A stretch of DNA of 64,000 bases from Candidatus Ozemobacteraceae bacterium (GTDB lineage Bacteria; Muiribacteriota; Ozemobacteria; Ozemobacterales; Ozemobacteraceae). Positions 50,874-59,330 of the stretch are shown here, in pieces; positions within the stretch are counted from its first letter, which is position 1, and the number at the start of each line of letters is the position of its first letter. The notes below the pieces were generated by a model. The model searched no databases and was not told the origin of the DNA. It saw only the letters and a list, made by a program, of their open reading frames with translations. A program made the translations under genes and the position numbers. The stretch is taken from the NCBI GenBank assembly GCA_965140445.1, contig OZ223236.1, forward strand, positions 1,920,001 to 1,984,000. Reading direction: 5' to 3'.

Positions 50874-51173
50874 ATGGGCAAACCACCTAAACAGCCTTGC
50901 GTTTATATTCTTGCCAGCAAAAGAAACGGAACATTGTATATCGGTGTAACCAGTAGTCTGGTTCAGAGAATCTGGCAGCATAAAAACAATGAAGTCGAAG
51001 GCTTTACCAAAAAGTATCAGGTTCACCGGCTTGTTTATTATGAATTGCACGAGACTATGGAATCTGCAATAACTCGTGAAAAGCAGATGAAAAAGTGGAA
51101 CCGGGACTGGAAGATTAAACTTATTGAAAAAGAGAACCCGAACTGGCATGATTTATGGAGTGATTTGGTTTAA
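50874..51173 (+). CDS. Stand-alone GIY-YIG nuclease (99 aa)
   Basis: VYILAS..NGTLYIGVTS.L..RI.QH...GFT.KY....LVYYE......AI.REKQ.K.W.R.WK. The conserved Tyr, Arg, His and Glu residues are present. GGAAAGGAAG RBS. Confidence 0.93.
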   Translation: MGKPPKQPCVYILASKRNGTLYIGVTSSLVQRIWQHKNNEVEGFTKKYQVHRLVYYELHETMESAITREKQMKKWNRDWKIKLIEKENPNWHDLWSDLV

Positions 51174-51174
51174 G

Positions 51175-51202
51175 CTAGATTCCCGCCTGCGCGGGAATGA
51201 CG
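51175..51202 (-). repeat. CGTC-tagged REP-like palindrome, copy C (dRS3-like)
   Basis: Minus strand CGTC-ATTCCCGC-GCAG-GCGGGAAT-CTAG, 1 bp after the GIY-YIG stop codon. Confidence 0.88.
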
Positions 51203-51236
51203 ACTGTTGAAACTGTTTGATGCCCTGCTTAGAATG

Positions 51237-51263
51237 TGGATTCCCGCCTGCGCGGGAATGACA
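51237..51263 (-). repeat. REP-like palindrome, copy D (dRS3-like)
   Basis: Minus strand TGTC-ATTCCCGC-GCAG-GCGGGAAT-CCA; 24 bp identical to copy C. Confidence 0.88.
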
Positions 51264-51282
51264 AAGAATGGGGCGATGGTTC

Positions 51283-51310
51283 CGTCACACCCGCGAAGGC
51301 AGGTGTCCAG
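51283..51310 (+). repeat. CGTC-tagged REP-like palindrome, copy E
   Basis: CGTC-ACACCCGC-GAAG-GCAGGTGT-CCAG; differs from copy B by one base. Confidence 0.85.
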
Positions 51311-51332
51311 ACTGATTATTGAAAAAGTAGTT

Positions 51333-51361
51333 TTTAAGTGAAATTTTAGCTAATATATAAT
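51333..51361 (+). promoter_or_regulatory. Possible separate hsdR promoter
   Basis: TTTAAG-17 bp-TATAAT just upstream of hsdR; the -35 is weak. Confidence 0.35.
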
Positions 51362-51374
51362 TATTGAGAGCAGC

Positions 51375-54300
51375 GTGATGAATAACGATAAAGCACAGAA
51401 TAATCAGAGACAGAGTAACTTTAACTTCATCGATGATGAAATAAAGCAGATCAGAGAGTTTGCAATTAAAGCAGAGTTACGGGGCAGACTTGATACCAGA
51501 TACGCCTGTTTCCAGGCCAGGCTGACCGCAGAAACGGCACTTAAATGGGTGTTCAAGGTAGATGGGGAATTAACACTGCCATATAACACCATGCTCAGTA
51601 GCCTGACAAATGATGCAGGTTTTCAGAAGATTGCTACCATTCAGGTCAAGCGTAGTCTAACTATTATCCAGAAGTTTGGCAACCTTGCTGCCCACAGTGA
51701 GCATTCCATACCTGCACAGGATTCTGTTCTTGTCGTTAAACAGCTACATAGTCTGCTTTACTGGGTCCATCGCACATATTTTGACGTTAACCTGGAATCG
51801 GAATTCAATGAGAAACTCATTCCAGATGCTGGCGATATAGCCAAGACCAGCAGGAGCAAGATTCTTGAGCTGGAACAGAAGCACGAAGAGGAAGAAAAGA
51901 AACTCAGAGAGGCACTTGAAGCTGAGAAAGCCGACAAGGAAGCGTATAAAGCTAAACTTGCTGAACGTGAAGCCGAATTGGAAGAGCTTAAGGCCCATGT
52001 GACTGCGAAGAAAGCAGAAGCAGAAGCGGTCCCAGACACTCATGATTACTCTGAAGCTGAAACCAGAAAATTACTTATTGATGTCATGCTGAAAGAAGCG
52101 GGATGGCATAAGGGCTCAGCTAGTCTTAAAGAAGAGTATGAGCTTGAAGGCGTAGATAGAAACAAGAATTACACCGGCACTGGCTTTGCAGACTACGTGC
52201 TCTTTGATGATAACGGGCTACCTCTTGCTGTAATTGAAGCCAAGAAGACCACGAAGGACGCAAAACTGGGAAAATATCAGGCACTTGATTATGCCAATGC
52301 ACTGGAAAAGAAATTCAACCAACGTCCAATCATATTTTATACCAATGGTTACGATATTTATATCTGGGATGATAAGTTCTACCCGGAAAGGAAGGTTCAG
52401 GGATTTTACAAAAAAGATGAGTTACAGCTGGCTATAGAGCGCAGAAAATCAAGAAAATCAATATCAAACCCCACTATAAATAGAAAAACAGTGGAACGGC
52501 CATATCAGCATCTTGCCATTAGAGCTGTTGCTGAGCATTTTGAGAACAATCATAGAAAAGCATTGCTGGTAATGGCTACTGGATCAGGCAAGACTAGACT
52601 TACCATTGCGATGGTAGAGATGCTGCAGAAAGCCAACTGGGCTAAGAGAATATTGTTTTTATGTGATCGGGATTCTCTTGTTAAGCAGGCTAAAGGAGCT
52701 TTCACTATATTCTTACCTAACTGTCCCGCAGCTGACCTGCGTGATGCAAAGTCGGACAACCTATCCAGAGTCTGTTTATCTACATATCACACGATGATGA
52801 ACCTGATAAATGATTTTAAAGATGGGGAACGACTGTTTTCTCCTGGGCATTTCGATCTGCTGGTTATAGATGAAGCCCACCGCAGTATCTACCAGAAGTT
52901 TGGAGCTATATTTGATTACTTTGACTCTTACCTGGTCGGGCTTACGGCCACACCCAGAGATGAAGTTGACAAGAACACCTACCAGATGTTTAACCTGACC
53001 AAAGACACAGGGCCTGTTTACGGCTATGACCTTGGTGAAGCAATAGATCAGGGTTATCTTTTAAATTATTACAAGGCCGCAGTATCAACGAAGCTCAGCC
53101 GTGAGGGGCTTACCTACTCAAATCTCAGCGATGAAGACAAAGAAGAATACGAAAAGCACTTCGCTGACGAGGTTACTGGCGATATTCCTAAGAAAGTAGG
53201 TAAAGAAGCCATTAACAAGTGGTTGTTTAATGTCCCAACGGTAGACAGCTTCCTGAAAGACCTTATGGAAAACGGTATCAAGGTCAATGGTGGTGACACT
53301 CTCGGGAAAACCATTATATTCGCTCGTAATAGCAAGCACGCTGCATTCATCGTTGAACGTTTCGACCTAAATTACCCGCAGTATAAGGGCCATTTTTGCG
53401 CCCAGATAGATTACACACTGGGTAAAGACGCCGAGAGCATGATCGAAAATTTTAAGAAAGCTGATGGCATGCCACAGATCGCTGTGTCGGTTGATATGCT
53501 TGATACCGGTATCGATGTTCCTGAAGTTGTAAATCTGGTATTTGCCAAGCCAGTTTACAGTAAAGTTAAGTTCTGGCAGATGATAGGCCGTGGGACCAGG
53601 AAATGTGAAGATCTGTTCGGACCGGGTGACGATAAGAAATGCTTCTACGTCTTTGATTACTGCGAGAACTTTGAATTTTTTGAGACTAATCCTAATGGGG
53701 TTGAGGGTTCTGCTGTAATACCTTTGAGCCAAAGAATATTTAGAAATAGGCTGATGATAGCCGACTCGCTTAAAGATGATAGTAATGAAGACTTCATAGC
53801 AATCAGGGCAGAAATGCTTGATAACCTGCATGAGTATGTGTCAGGCATGTGTGATGACAACTTCCTGGTAAGACCGCATCTGGAAAAGATTTCAAAGCTT
53901 AAAACCAGAGAAGCATGGGAAAAGCTTGACGGTGAGTTAAGGGCTGATGTCTCTAAAACTATTTCCGGACTCCCCAGCCAGATTGATCAGGACGACGAAT
54001 ATGCAAAGCGCTGGGATCATCTCTTGTTGAAAACTGAGTTAGCACTGCTTGAAAAGGCTATTGAATACAAGTCTTTTATGAAGAAGATCAAGAAGATCGC
54101 AGATAAACTGGAAGATAAAACTACTATTCCAGATGTAAAGAAGCATTTAGCTTTCATTCAGGCGATTAAGACCGATGAATTCTGGGAGAATATGAACCTC
54201 AAATTACTGGAAGAAATCAGGAAGCGTCTGCGGTTGCTGATCAAATACATAGACCCGGGTGAAAAGAAGATCGTGTATTCTAACTTTACTGATAAGCTGA

Positions 54301-54872
54301 CTGAAGGTTCTGTATTTGAACCTGGCACTGAAGCATTCAAGAATGATGAGCTTGCTGCATACCGGCAGAAAATGAACGCGGTAATCAATGAAAACCTGGA
54401 CAAAGAAGTGATATGGAAAGTTCGATGCAACCGACCTCTAACTGATGCTGACCTTAAGCAACTTGAAGAGATATTGAAACTGAGCACCGCTGAAGATCAG
54501 GAGAAGTTCAAAGAAGCGTATCTGGGTAATTTCCATGCAAAGACAGGCAAAGATAGTCCCAGCCTGGAGCTGCTACTCAGATTGATTGTCGGGTTGGATC
54601 GCAAGGCAGTAGAGAAAGAATTCGCCGATTTCATCGAGAAGTCGAACTTTTCATCGCTGCAGCTGGCATTCGTGCAGAAGATTATCGATTACTTCGTAGT
54701 AGACGGCTTTGTCAGAGACGATATTCTATATGAATCGCCCTTCAGTGATATGTATCAGGATGGACCGGAAGGCCTGTTTGGTGATGCGGCTGAGGCCCTG
54801 TTTGCAAAGCTGAAAGAGCTTAATAAAATCAAGGAAGGTCGTAGTCCCGATAATCTTTATTCAGGTGAATAA
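51375..54872 (+). CDS. hsdR: Type I restriction endonuclease subunit R (EcoEI/EcoAI-like, DUF4145-like N-terminus)
   Basis: ADYVL...VIEAKK nuclease motif, MATGSGKT, DEAH, LTATP, DTGIDVP and QMIGRGTR. Confidence 0.95.
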   Translation: MMNNDKAQNNQRQSNFNFIDDEIKQIREFAIKAELRGRLDTRYACFQARLTAETALKWVFKVDGELTLPYNTMLSSLTNDAGFQKIATIQVKRSLTIIQKFGNLAAHSEHSIPAQDSVLVVKQLHSLLYWVHRTYFDVNLESEFNEKLIPDAGDIAKTSRSKILELEQKHEEEEKKLREALEAEKADKEAYKAKLAEREAELEELKAHVTAKKAEAEAVPDTHDYSEAETRKLLIDVMLKEAGWHKGSASLKEEYELEGVDRNKNYTGTGFADYVLFDDNGLPLAVIEAKKTTKDAKLGKYQALDYANALEKKFNQRPIIFYTNGYDIYIWDDKFYPERKVQGFYKKDELQLAIERRKSRKSISNPTINRKTVERPYQHLAIRAVAEHFENNHRKALLVMATGSGKTRLTIAMVEMLQKANWAKRILFLCDRDSLVKQAKGAFTIFLPNCPAADLRDAKSDNLSRVCLSTYHTMMNLINDFKDGERLFSPGHFDLLVIDEAHRSIYQKFGAIFDYFDSYLVGLTATPRDEVDKNTYQMFNLTKDTGPVYGYDLGEAIDQGYLLNYYKAAVSTKLSREGLTYSNLSDEDKEEYEKHFADEVTGDIPKKVGKEAINKWLFNVPTVDSFLKDLMENGIKVNGGDTLGKTIIFARNSKHAAFIVERFDLNYPQYKGHFCAQIDYTLGKDAESMIENFKKADGMPQIAVSVDMLDTGIDVPEVVNLVFAKPVYSKVKFWQMIGRGTRKCEDLFGPGDDKKCFYVFDYCENFEFFETNPNGVEGSAVIPLSQRIFRNRLMIADSLKDDSNEDFIAIRAEMLDNLHEYVSGMCDDNFLVRPHLEKISKLKTREAWEKLDGELRADVSKTISGLPSQIDQDDEYAKRWDHLLLKTELALLEKAIEYKSFMKKIKKIADKLEDKTTIPDVKKHLAFIQAIKTDEFWENMNLKLLEEIRKRLRLLIKYIDPGEKKIVYSNFTDKLTEGSVFEPGTEAFKNDELAAYRQKMNAVINENLDKEVIWKVRCNRPLTDADLKQLEEILKLSTAEDQEKFKEAYLGNFHAKTGKDSPSLELLLRLIVGLDRKAVEKEFADFIEKSNFSSLQLAFVQKIIDYFVVDGFVRDDILYESPFSDMYQDGPEGLFGDAAEALFAKLKELNKIKEGRSPDNLYSGE

Positions 54873-55406
54873 ATGGTGAGCTTTGGATATTTCTGGGATG
54901 GTTTTTGCCACTTTCTTGTAGGTGTTCTTTTTCTGTTTATTTTTATCAGAACCGCAGGCAAGAAAGACAAATTAACCTGGGAAATATGGCTAGGTCTGGT
55001 GATAGGTAGTTCTTCGCTATTTTTCCTTCCAAACAGGCTTCCATTTCTCACCAGAGAGATGAACTATTGGTATCAATTTTCCCACTATCCCATCTCTGAC
55101 TGGGACATTCTGCTACTCGGTGGCCCCTGGCACAGGTTTTTCCTGACTCATTCAGCACTAATTCCATTCCTATTATTGTATGTTCCAAGAAGGCAATGGC
55201 TCTTGCCCTTTCTTTTCGGCTTAACCATAGGCATTGCAAGTCATTTAGTATGGGATGGTTATTCCAGTGCAAGACCTATGATAGTTTTCTACCCCAAAGT
55301 TTTATATTTCAGGGGTAATCTGGCAGAAGCGTGGCTTTATGCTAATGCGTTGTTATTGTTGCCTGTGGCAGAGATTGTTAGAAGAAGACATGAAAGCTTT
55401 CAATGA
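54873..55406 (+). CDS. YdjM-like metal-dependent inner-membrane hydrolase
   Basis: Hydrophobic protein with the H...SDWD...HRFFLTHS...SHLVWD motif set; starts immediately after the hsdR stop. Confidence 0.6.
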   Translation: MVSFGYFWDGFCHFLVGVLFLFIFIRTAGKKDKLTWEIWLGLVIGSSSLFFLPNRLPFLTREMNYWYQFSHYPISDWDILLLGGPWHRFFLTHSALIPFLLLYVPRRQWLLPFLFGLTIGIASHLVWDGYSSARPMIVFYPKVLYFRGNLAEAWLYANALLLLPVAEIVRRRHESFQ

Positions 55407-55433
55407 GGCTGATATTCCGATATTTTTGGATCA

Positions 55434-55467
55434 AAAAGTCTATACTTGTTAATAAGTGTAGACTTTT
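55434..55467 (+). terminator. Terminator of the hsdR-hydrolase transcript
   Basis: AAAAGTCTATACTT-6 nt-AAGTGTAGACTTTT (one G-U pair). Confidence 0.65.
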
Positions 55468-55533
55468 AAGACCATAATATTCGGTAAACTATTATGGAAT
55501 CTGCAAAAGCTAATGCAGAAGATAATCCAACCC

Positions 55534-55557
55534 CATTCCCCCGCAGGCGGTCACCCA
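55534..55557 (+). repeat. Degenerate REP-like copy F
   Basis: CATTCCCCCGCAGGCGGTCACCCA matches CATTCCCGCGCAGGCGGGAATCCA at 20 of 24 positions. Confidence 0.5.
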
Positions 55558-55764
55558 TCTCACACATAACCCTTTTGGTTATCCAATTGATGAAATTCTT
55601 CTGTCATTTTTCGCCATTTATTTGAGAGTAAATTCAACAGGTTTCCTGGGTTTTGTTGTAAAATATGGCCTGGATAATCGATGGCGCATTTTGCAGAATG
55701 GCATTGGCTACGCAAAGTGGTCGGCGATTTTAATCCTGATAACTAAAACTACAGGGGGCAACAA

Positions 55765-56106
55765 ATGGAATCACAAAATCCAATTCAAAATGCAGAATTC
55801 GCGGTCACTATTTGTGACAAATCCGGAATTATTACTTTCATGAATGAAAAATCCTGTTTGACCTTTGAAAAGTATGGCGGTAAAAGTCTGATTGGAAAAA
55901 GTCTTGTTGATTGCCATCCTGAACCAGCACGGACCAAACTTTTGAATTTACTTGAAAAGCCTGAAGCCAATGCTTATACAATTGAAAAAAATGGGAAAAA
56001 AAAGCTGATCTATCAGGGGCCAGTTGATAAAAATAATCATGACCTTGGTTTAATCGAGCTGTCTATTGAGCTCCCTGAAAGCGTTCCACATTTCATCAGA
56101 AAGTAA
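55765..56106 (+). CDS. Small stand-alone PAS-domain protein
   Basis: AVTICD..G.I..MN, LIGKSL.DCHP and YTIEK.G.KKLIYQ.P. Confidence 0.8.
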   Translation: MESQNPIQNAEFAVTICDKSGIITFMNEKSCLTFEKYGGKSLIGKSLVDCHPEPARTKLLNLLEKPEANAYTIEKNGKKKLIYQGPVDKNNHDLGLIELSIELPESVPHFIRK

Positions 56107-56229
56107 TCGTTTTTTCTTAAAAATGGCTAATTTGTTCCATAAATCAGCTATTTCTTGCAGGTTTTTTCAACATACTGCTATCATAGTTCCCGAAAGAGAT
56201 ACTATTTTAAAACAAAACAGGAGAGTTCA

Positions 56230-57882
56230 ATGACCCTTCATAAACTTGCCGGGAAGCCAGTTCCCATTGAATTGATTGCTAATATTCCTCAATTGGTCGC
56301 TGCATATTATACAAGGCACCCATCTCCGGAAAATCCGGCACATCAGGTTTCATTTGGAACTTCCGGGCACCGTGGCTGCTCTTTAAAAAACAGTTTCAAT
56401 GAAGATCATGTTTTGGCAATTTGCCAGGCGATTTGTGAATATAGAGCTGGAAAAGGATATTCCGGCCCATTATTTGTTGGAATGGATACGCACGCCCTTT
56501 CCGAGCCAGCGTTTATTACTGCTGTAGAGGTTTTTGCCGCTAATGGCGTAACAATCAAAATTCAGGAAGGATACGGATATACTCCAACTCCGGTTATTTC
56601 TCATGCAATTCTGAACTACAATAAAGGCCGAACAGATGGTTTCGCAGATGGAGTTGTAATTACCCCATCACATAACCCTCCTCAGGATGGCGGTTTCAAA
56701 TATAACCCACCTTCAGGCGGCCCTGCGGGAACAGATATTACAGGTTGGGTTCAGGACAGAGCCAATGCAATTTTGAAAAATGGCTTGAAAGAAGTTAAAC
56801 GCATGCCTTTCGAAAAGGCAAAAGCTGCTGATACAACGATTGAATACGATTATATAAAACCATATATAAGTGACTTGAAGAATGTTGTAGATATGAAGCT
56901 CATAGCTGATTCAGGACTTAAATTGGGCGTTGATCCCATGGGTGGCTCAGGAATAGCATTCTGGGAGCCAATGGCCGAAATGTACGGGTTAAATATTGAA
57001 GTAGTAAATAAACGCGTTGACCCTACTTTTTCTTTCATGACCCTTGATAAAGATGGCAAAATCAGAATGGATTGCTCTTCTCCATACGCAATGGCAAGTC
57101 TGATAAAATTGAAGGATCAGTTTGATGTCGCTTTTGGAAACGATCCCGATTATGACCGACATGGAATTGTTACCAAAGGTTCAGGACTGCTTAATCCAAA
57201 TCACTATCTGGCTGTTGCTATTTCCTATTTGTTTAAGAACCGCCCCCAATGGTCACCTGAAACTGCAGTTGGTAAAACTCTGGTTTCAAGCAGCATGATC
57301 GACCGCGTTGCGAAAGACATTGGCCGAACCCTATGTGAAGTTCCTGTAGGTTTCAAATGGTTTGTTGACGGGTTGCAGGATGGCTCTCTCGGATTCGGCG
57401 GAGAAGAAAGCGCCGGAGCATCCTTCTTACGCTTTGATGGTGGTGTTTGGACCACAGATAAAGATGGAATTATTCTCAATTTGTTAGCCGCAGAAATCAC
57501 AGCAAAAACCCAGAAAGACCCAGGCGAACACTACAAAGCATTAACCGAGAAATTTGGTGAACCAGTCTATGCAAGAATTGATGCGCCTGCAAGCGGTCCC
57601 CAGAAAGCTATTCTCAGTAAACTTTCACCAGAACAGGTTAAGGCATCTAACCTGGCCGGTGATCCAATTATCGCCAAACTAACTGAAGCTCCTGGAAACA
57701 AGGCCGCAATTGGAGGCTTAAAAGTCGTCACAGATAATGGATGGTTTGCGGCCAGACCTTCTGGAACAGAGGAAATTTACAAAATCTATGCCGAGAGCTT
57801 TAAAAATGAAGAACATCTAAAAACAATTCAGCAAGAAGCCCAGCAGATTGTTGCAAAAACCTTTTCTGAAGCAGGAGTCTGA
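56230..57882 (+). CDS. pgm: Phosphoglucomutase (alpha-D-glucose-1,6-bisphosphate-dependent)
   Basis: [31 protein letters not shown] and ARPSGTE. ATG at 56230 has a GGAG RBS. Confidence 0.96.
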   Translation: MTLHKLAGKPVPIELIANIPQLVAAYYTRHPSPENPAHQVSFGTSGHRGCSLKNSFNEDHVLAICQAICEYRAGKGYSGPLFVGMDTHALSEPAFITAVEVFAANGVTIKIQEGYGYTPTPVISHAILNYNKGRTDGFADGVVITPSHNPPQDGGFKYNPPSGGPAGTDITGWVQDRANAILKNGLKEVKRMPFEKAKAADTTIEYDYIKPYISDLKNVVDMKLIADSGLKLGVDPMGGSGIAFWEPMAEMYGLNIEVVNKRVDPTFSFMTLDKDGKIRMDCSSPYAMASLIKLKDQFDVAFGNDPDYDRHGIVTKGSGLLNPNHYLAVAISYLFKNRPQWSPETAVGKTLVSSSMIDRVAKDIGRTLCEVPVGFKWFVDGLQDGSLGFGGEESAGASFLRFDGGVWTTDKDGIILNLLAAEITAKTQKDPGEHYKALTEKFGEPVYARIDAPASGPQKAILSKLSPEQVKASNLAGDPIIAKLTEAPGNKAAIGGLKVVTDNGWFAARPSGTEEIYKIYAESFKNEEHLKTIQQEAQQIVAKTFSEAGV

Positions 57883-57914
57883 TCAAACTCTTTTTCATAG
57901 ATAATTGAATTCCT

Positions 57915-57959
57915 AAACAGCCCATTCTCCTCAATTACAAAGAGAATGGGCTGTTTTTT
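57915..57959 (+). terminator. Intrinsic terminator after pgm
   Basis: AAACAGCCCATTCTC...GAGAATGGGCTGTTTTTT. Confidence 0.85.
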
Positions 57960-58081
57960 ATTGAACGATTCTGAAACTTCAAAAAAACTGAAGCTCTTTT
58001 TAAGTGGGTAAAATACGAAATTGGCCGCAATATATTAAGTTGGGCAATCTAACCCAACTAAATAACCACACAAATCACTTT

Positions 58082-58483
58082 TTAGACATATTTCGCAGCA
58101 ATAAACCGCGCTGCAAGGCCGGCCAGAAAACCAACCAGGGTCCAGATGCTAAGTTTTGTCGAACTGACGACGTCTTTAAGGTATTCCCCGTCTAGTGCGG
58201 ATAGAAGGTCTGGTTTCAATGTATAAAATATGGCTTTTTTCAAATTCTCTGAGTTTCCAAAAAATGGTTTGGCGGTAATAGTTAAGACAAAAATTCCGAC
58301 TAATACTCCAATAATTATTGGCACTGCGCCGTCTTCTGGTTGTTTAGCTGCATCTGAGATTCCGCTTTCTTCTGCCAGAAGCTTTGGTCCATTATCGCTT
58401 AAGTTCGCCTGCATAATTGCTCCTGCAATGATAACAATGGCGAAGAGCGCAAGCATAAGTATGTTTGACTGAGTTTTTTTCAT
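58082..58483 (-). CDS. Small membrane protein
   Basis: Three hydrophobic segments; AAGGA RBS. Confidence 0.65.
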   Translation of the reverse strand: MKKTQSNILMLALFAIVIIAGAIMQANLSDNGPKLLAEESGISDAAKQPEDGAVPIIIGVLVGIFVLTITAKPFFGNSENLKKAIFYTLKPDLLSALDGEYLKDVVSSTKLSIWTLVGFLAGLAARFIAAKYV

Positions 58484-58700
58484 CTTAGAAAGTCCTTAAG
58501 CGTTTTTGCTTAATCTTACTCTAAGGATTTTTTATAGAGTAAATCAACAACAAATTTATTGATTAAAAAAATTTTTCCGAGTTGGCAACAATAACAAAAC
58601 TTTCAGAAATAAGATGTTTTCACCCGGTCAGCTTGGGTCTTCAGATATTTGTAGAGCAAGTATAGATGACTGGAGCCTTAATCTACCGGAAACTTTTCTA

Positions 58701-59066
58701 TTACTGAGTAGTTTTAAGCTGAGTTATTTCCATACAATTTCCATCAGGGTCTTGCATCCCGGAAGTAAAGCGGCCGGAGTCCTCTGAAATTTCTTGAATT
58801 ACTTTTCCACCGTTGTTAAGGCATTCCTGGACTGTTTCTTCAATTCTTTGGACAACAAATCTTAGCTGAAGATTATTTTCTTTAGCGTCTATGCCTGCAA
58901 TAGAGCAAGGGCAGAGTAATATCTCTATACCATTTAAATCGCCCTGATACATTGTAAAGGTGCCACAATCAAGCTCAGCAAAATGTATGTGAAAAGAGTT
59001 GGCATAGAAATTCTTCATTTCTTCATGGTTTCTTGTGGCGATTGTAATCTTGTCAATATGTATCAT
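58701..59066 (-). CDS. VOC/glyoxalase family protein
   Basis: IDKITIA......FY...F and F.V..IE......GG.......DPDGN..EI. Confidence 0.8.
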   Translation of the reverse strand: MIHIDKITIATRNHEEMKNFYANSFHIHFAELDCGTFTMYQGDLNGIEILLCPCSIAGIDAKENNLQLRFVVQRIEETVQECLNNGGKVIQEISEDSGRFTSGMQDPDGNCMEITQLKTTQ

Positions 59067-59330
59067 CTTGGCTCCTTTATTAAGTTTAACTACATTCTAT
59101 ATTTGACGCATTTTTTTGTCCATTATTCCGATCATCACCGTCTTTGAGCACTAATAAAGCGCCATGAGATGAAAACGCATCTTTCAATGTTTTAAAAGCT
59201 TCAAAAATCTGTTCAATTTGTTTAAAAGAGCAATAATTTTTTATTGAAAAATAACAGTTGTTTTTTTGTGAAATTTATATCACACTGTTTTGGTATCATT
59301 TAAAATCAATTCGATGAAAGGACTAAGGAA

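Larger units (their letters stand above)
46726..55560. mobile_element. tRNA-adjacent accessory/defence island (boundaries approximate, no integrase)
   Basis: Directly 3' of tRNA-Arg. Contains an LRAT protein, a type I RM system, a GIY-YIG/REP cassette and a YdjM-like hydrolase, with REP copies near both ends. Confidence 0.55.

Noticed and set aside
50829..51149. 106-aa antisense ORF over the GIY-YIG gene (possible antitoxin)
   Set aside because: Shadow ORF of the nuclease gene and REP B, with no independent coding evidence.
50834..51310. CRISPR array
   Set aside because: The repeats alternate orientation, spacing is irregular, only two adjacent copies are direct repeats, and there are no cas genes or leader. 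The pattern fits REP-type hairpins.
46700..55760. attL/attR duplication of the tRNA 3' end, or an integrase
   Set aside because: By eye I found no convincing second copy of TTCGAGTCTTGGTAGGTGCA and no recombinase ORF.
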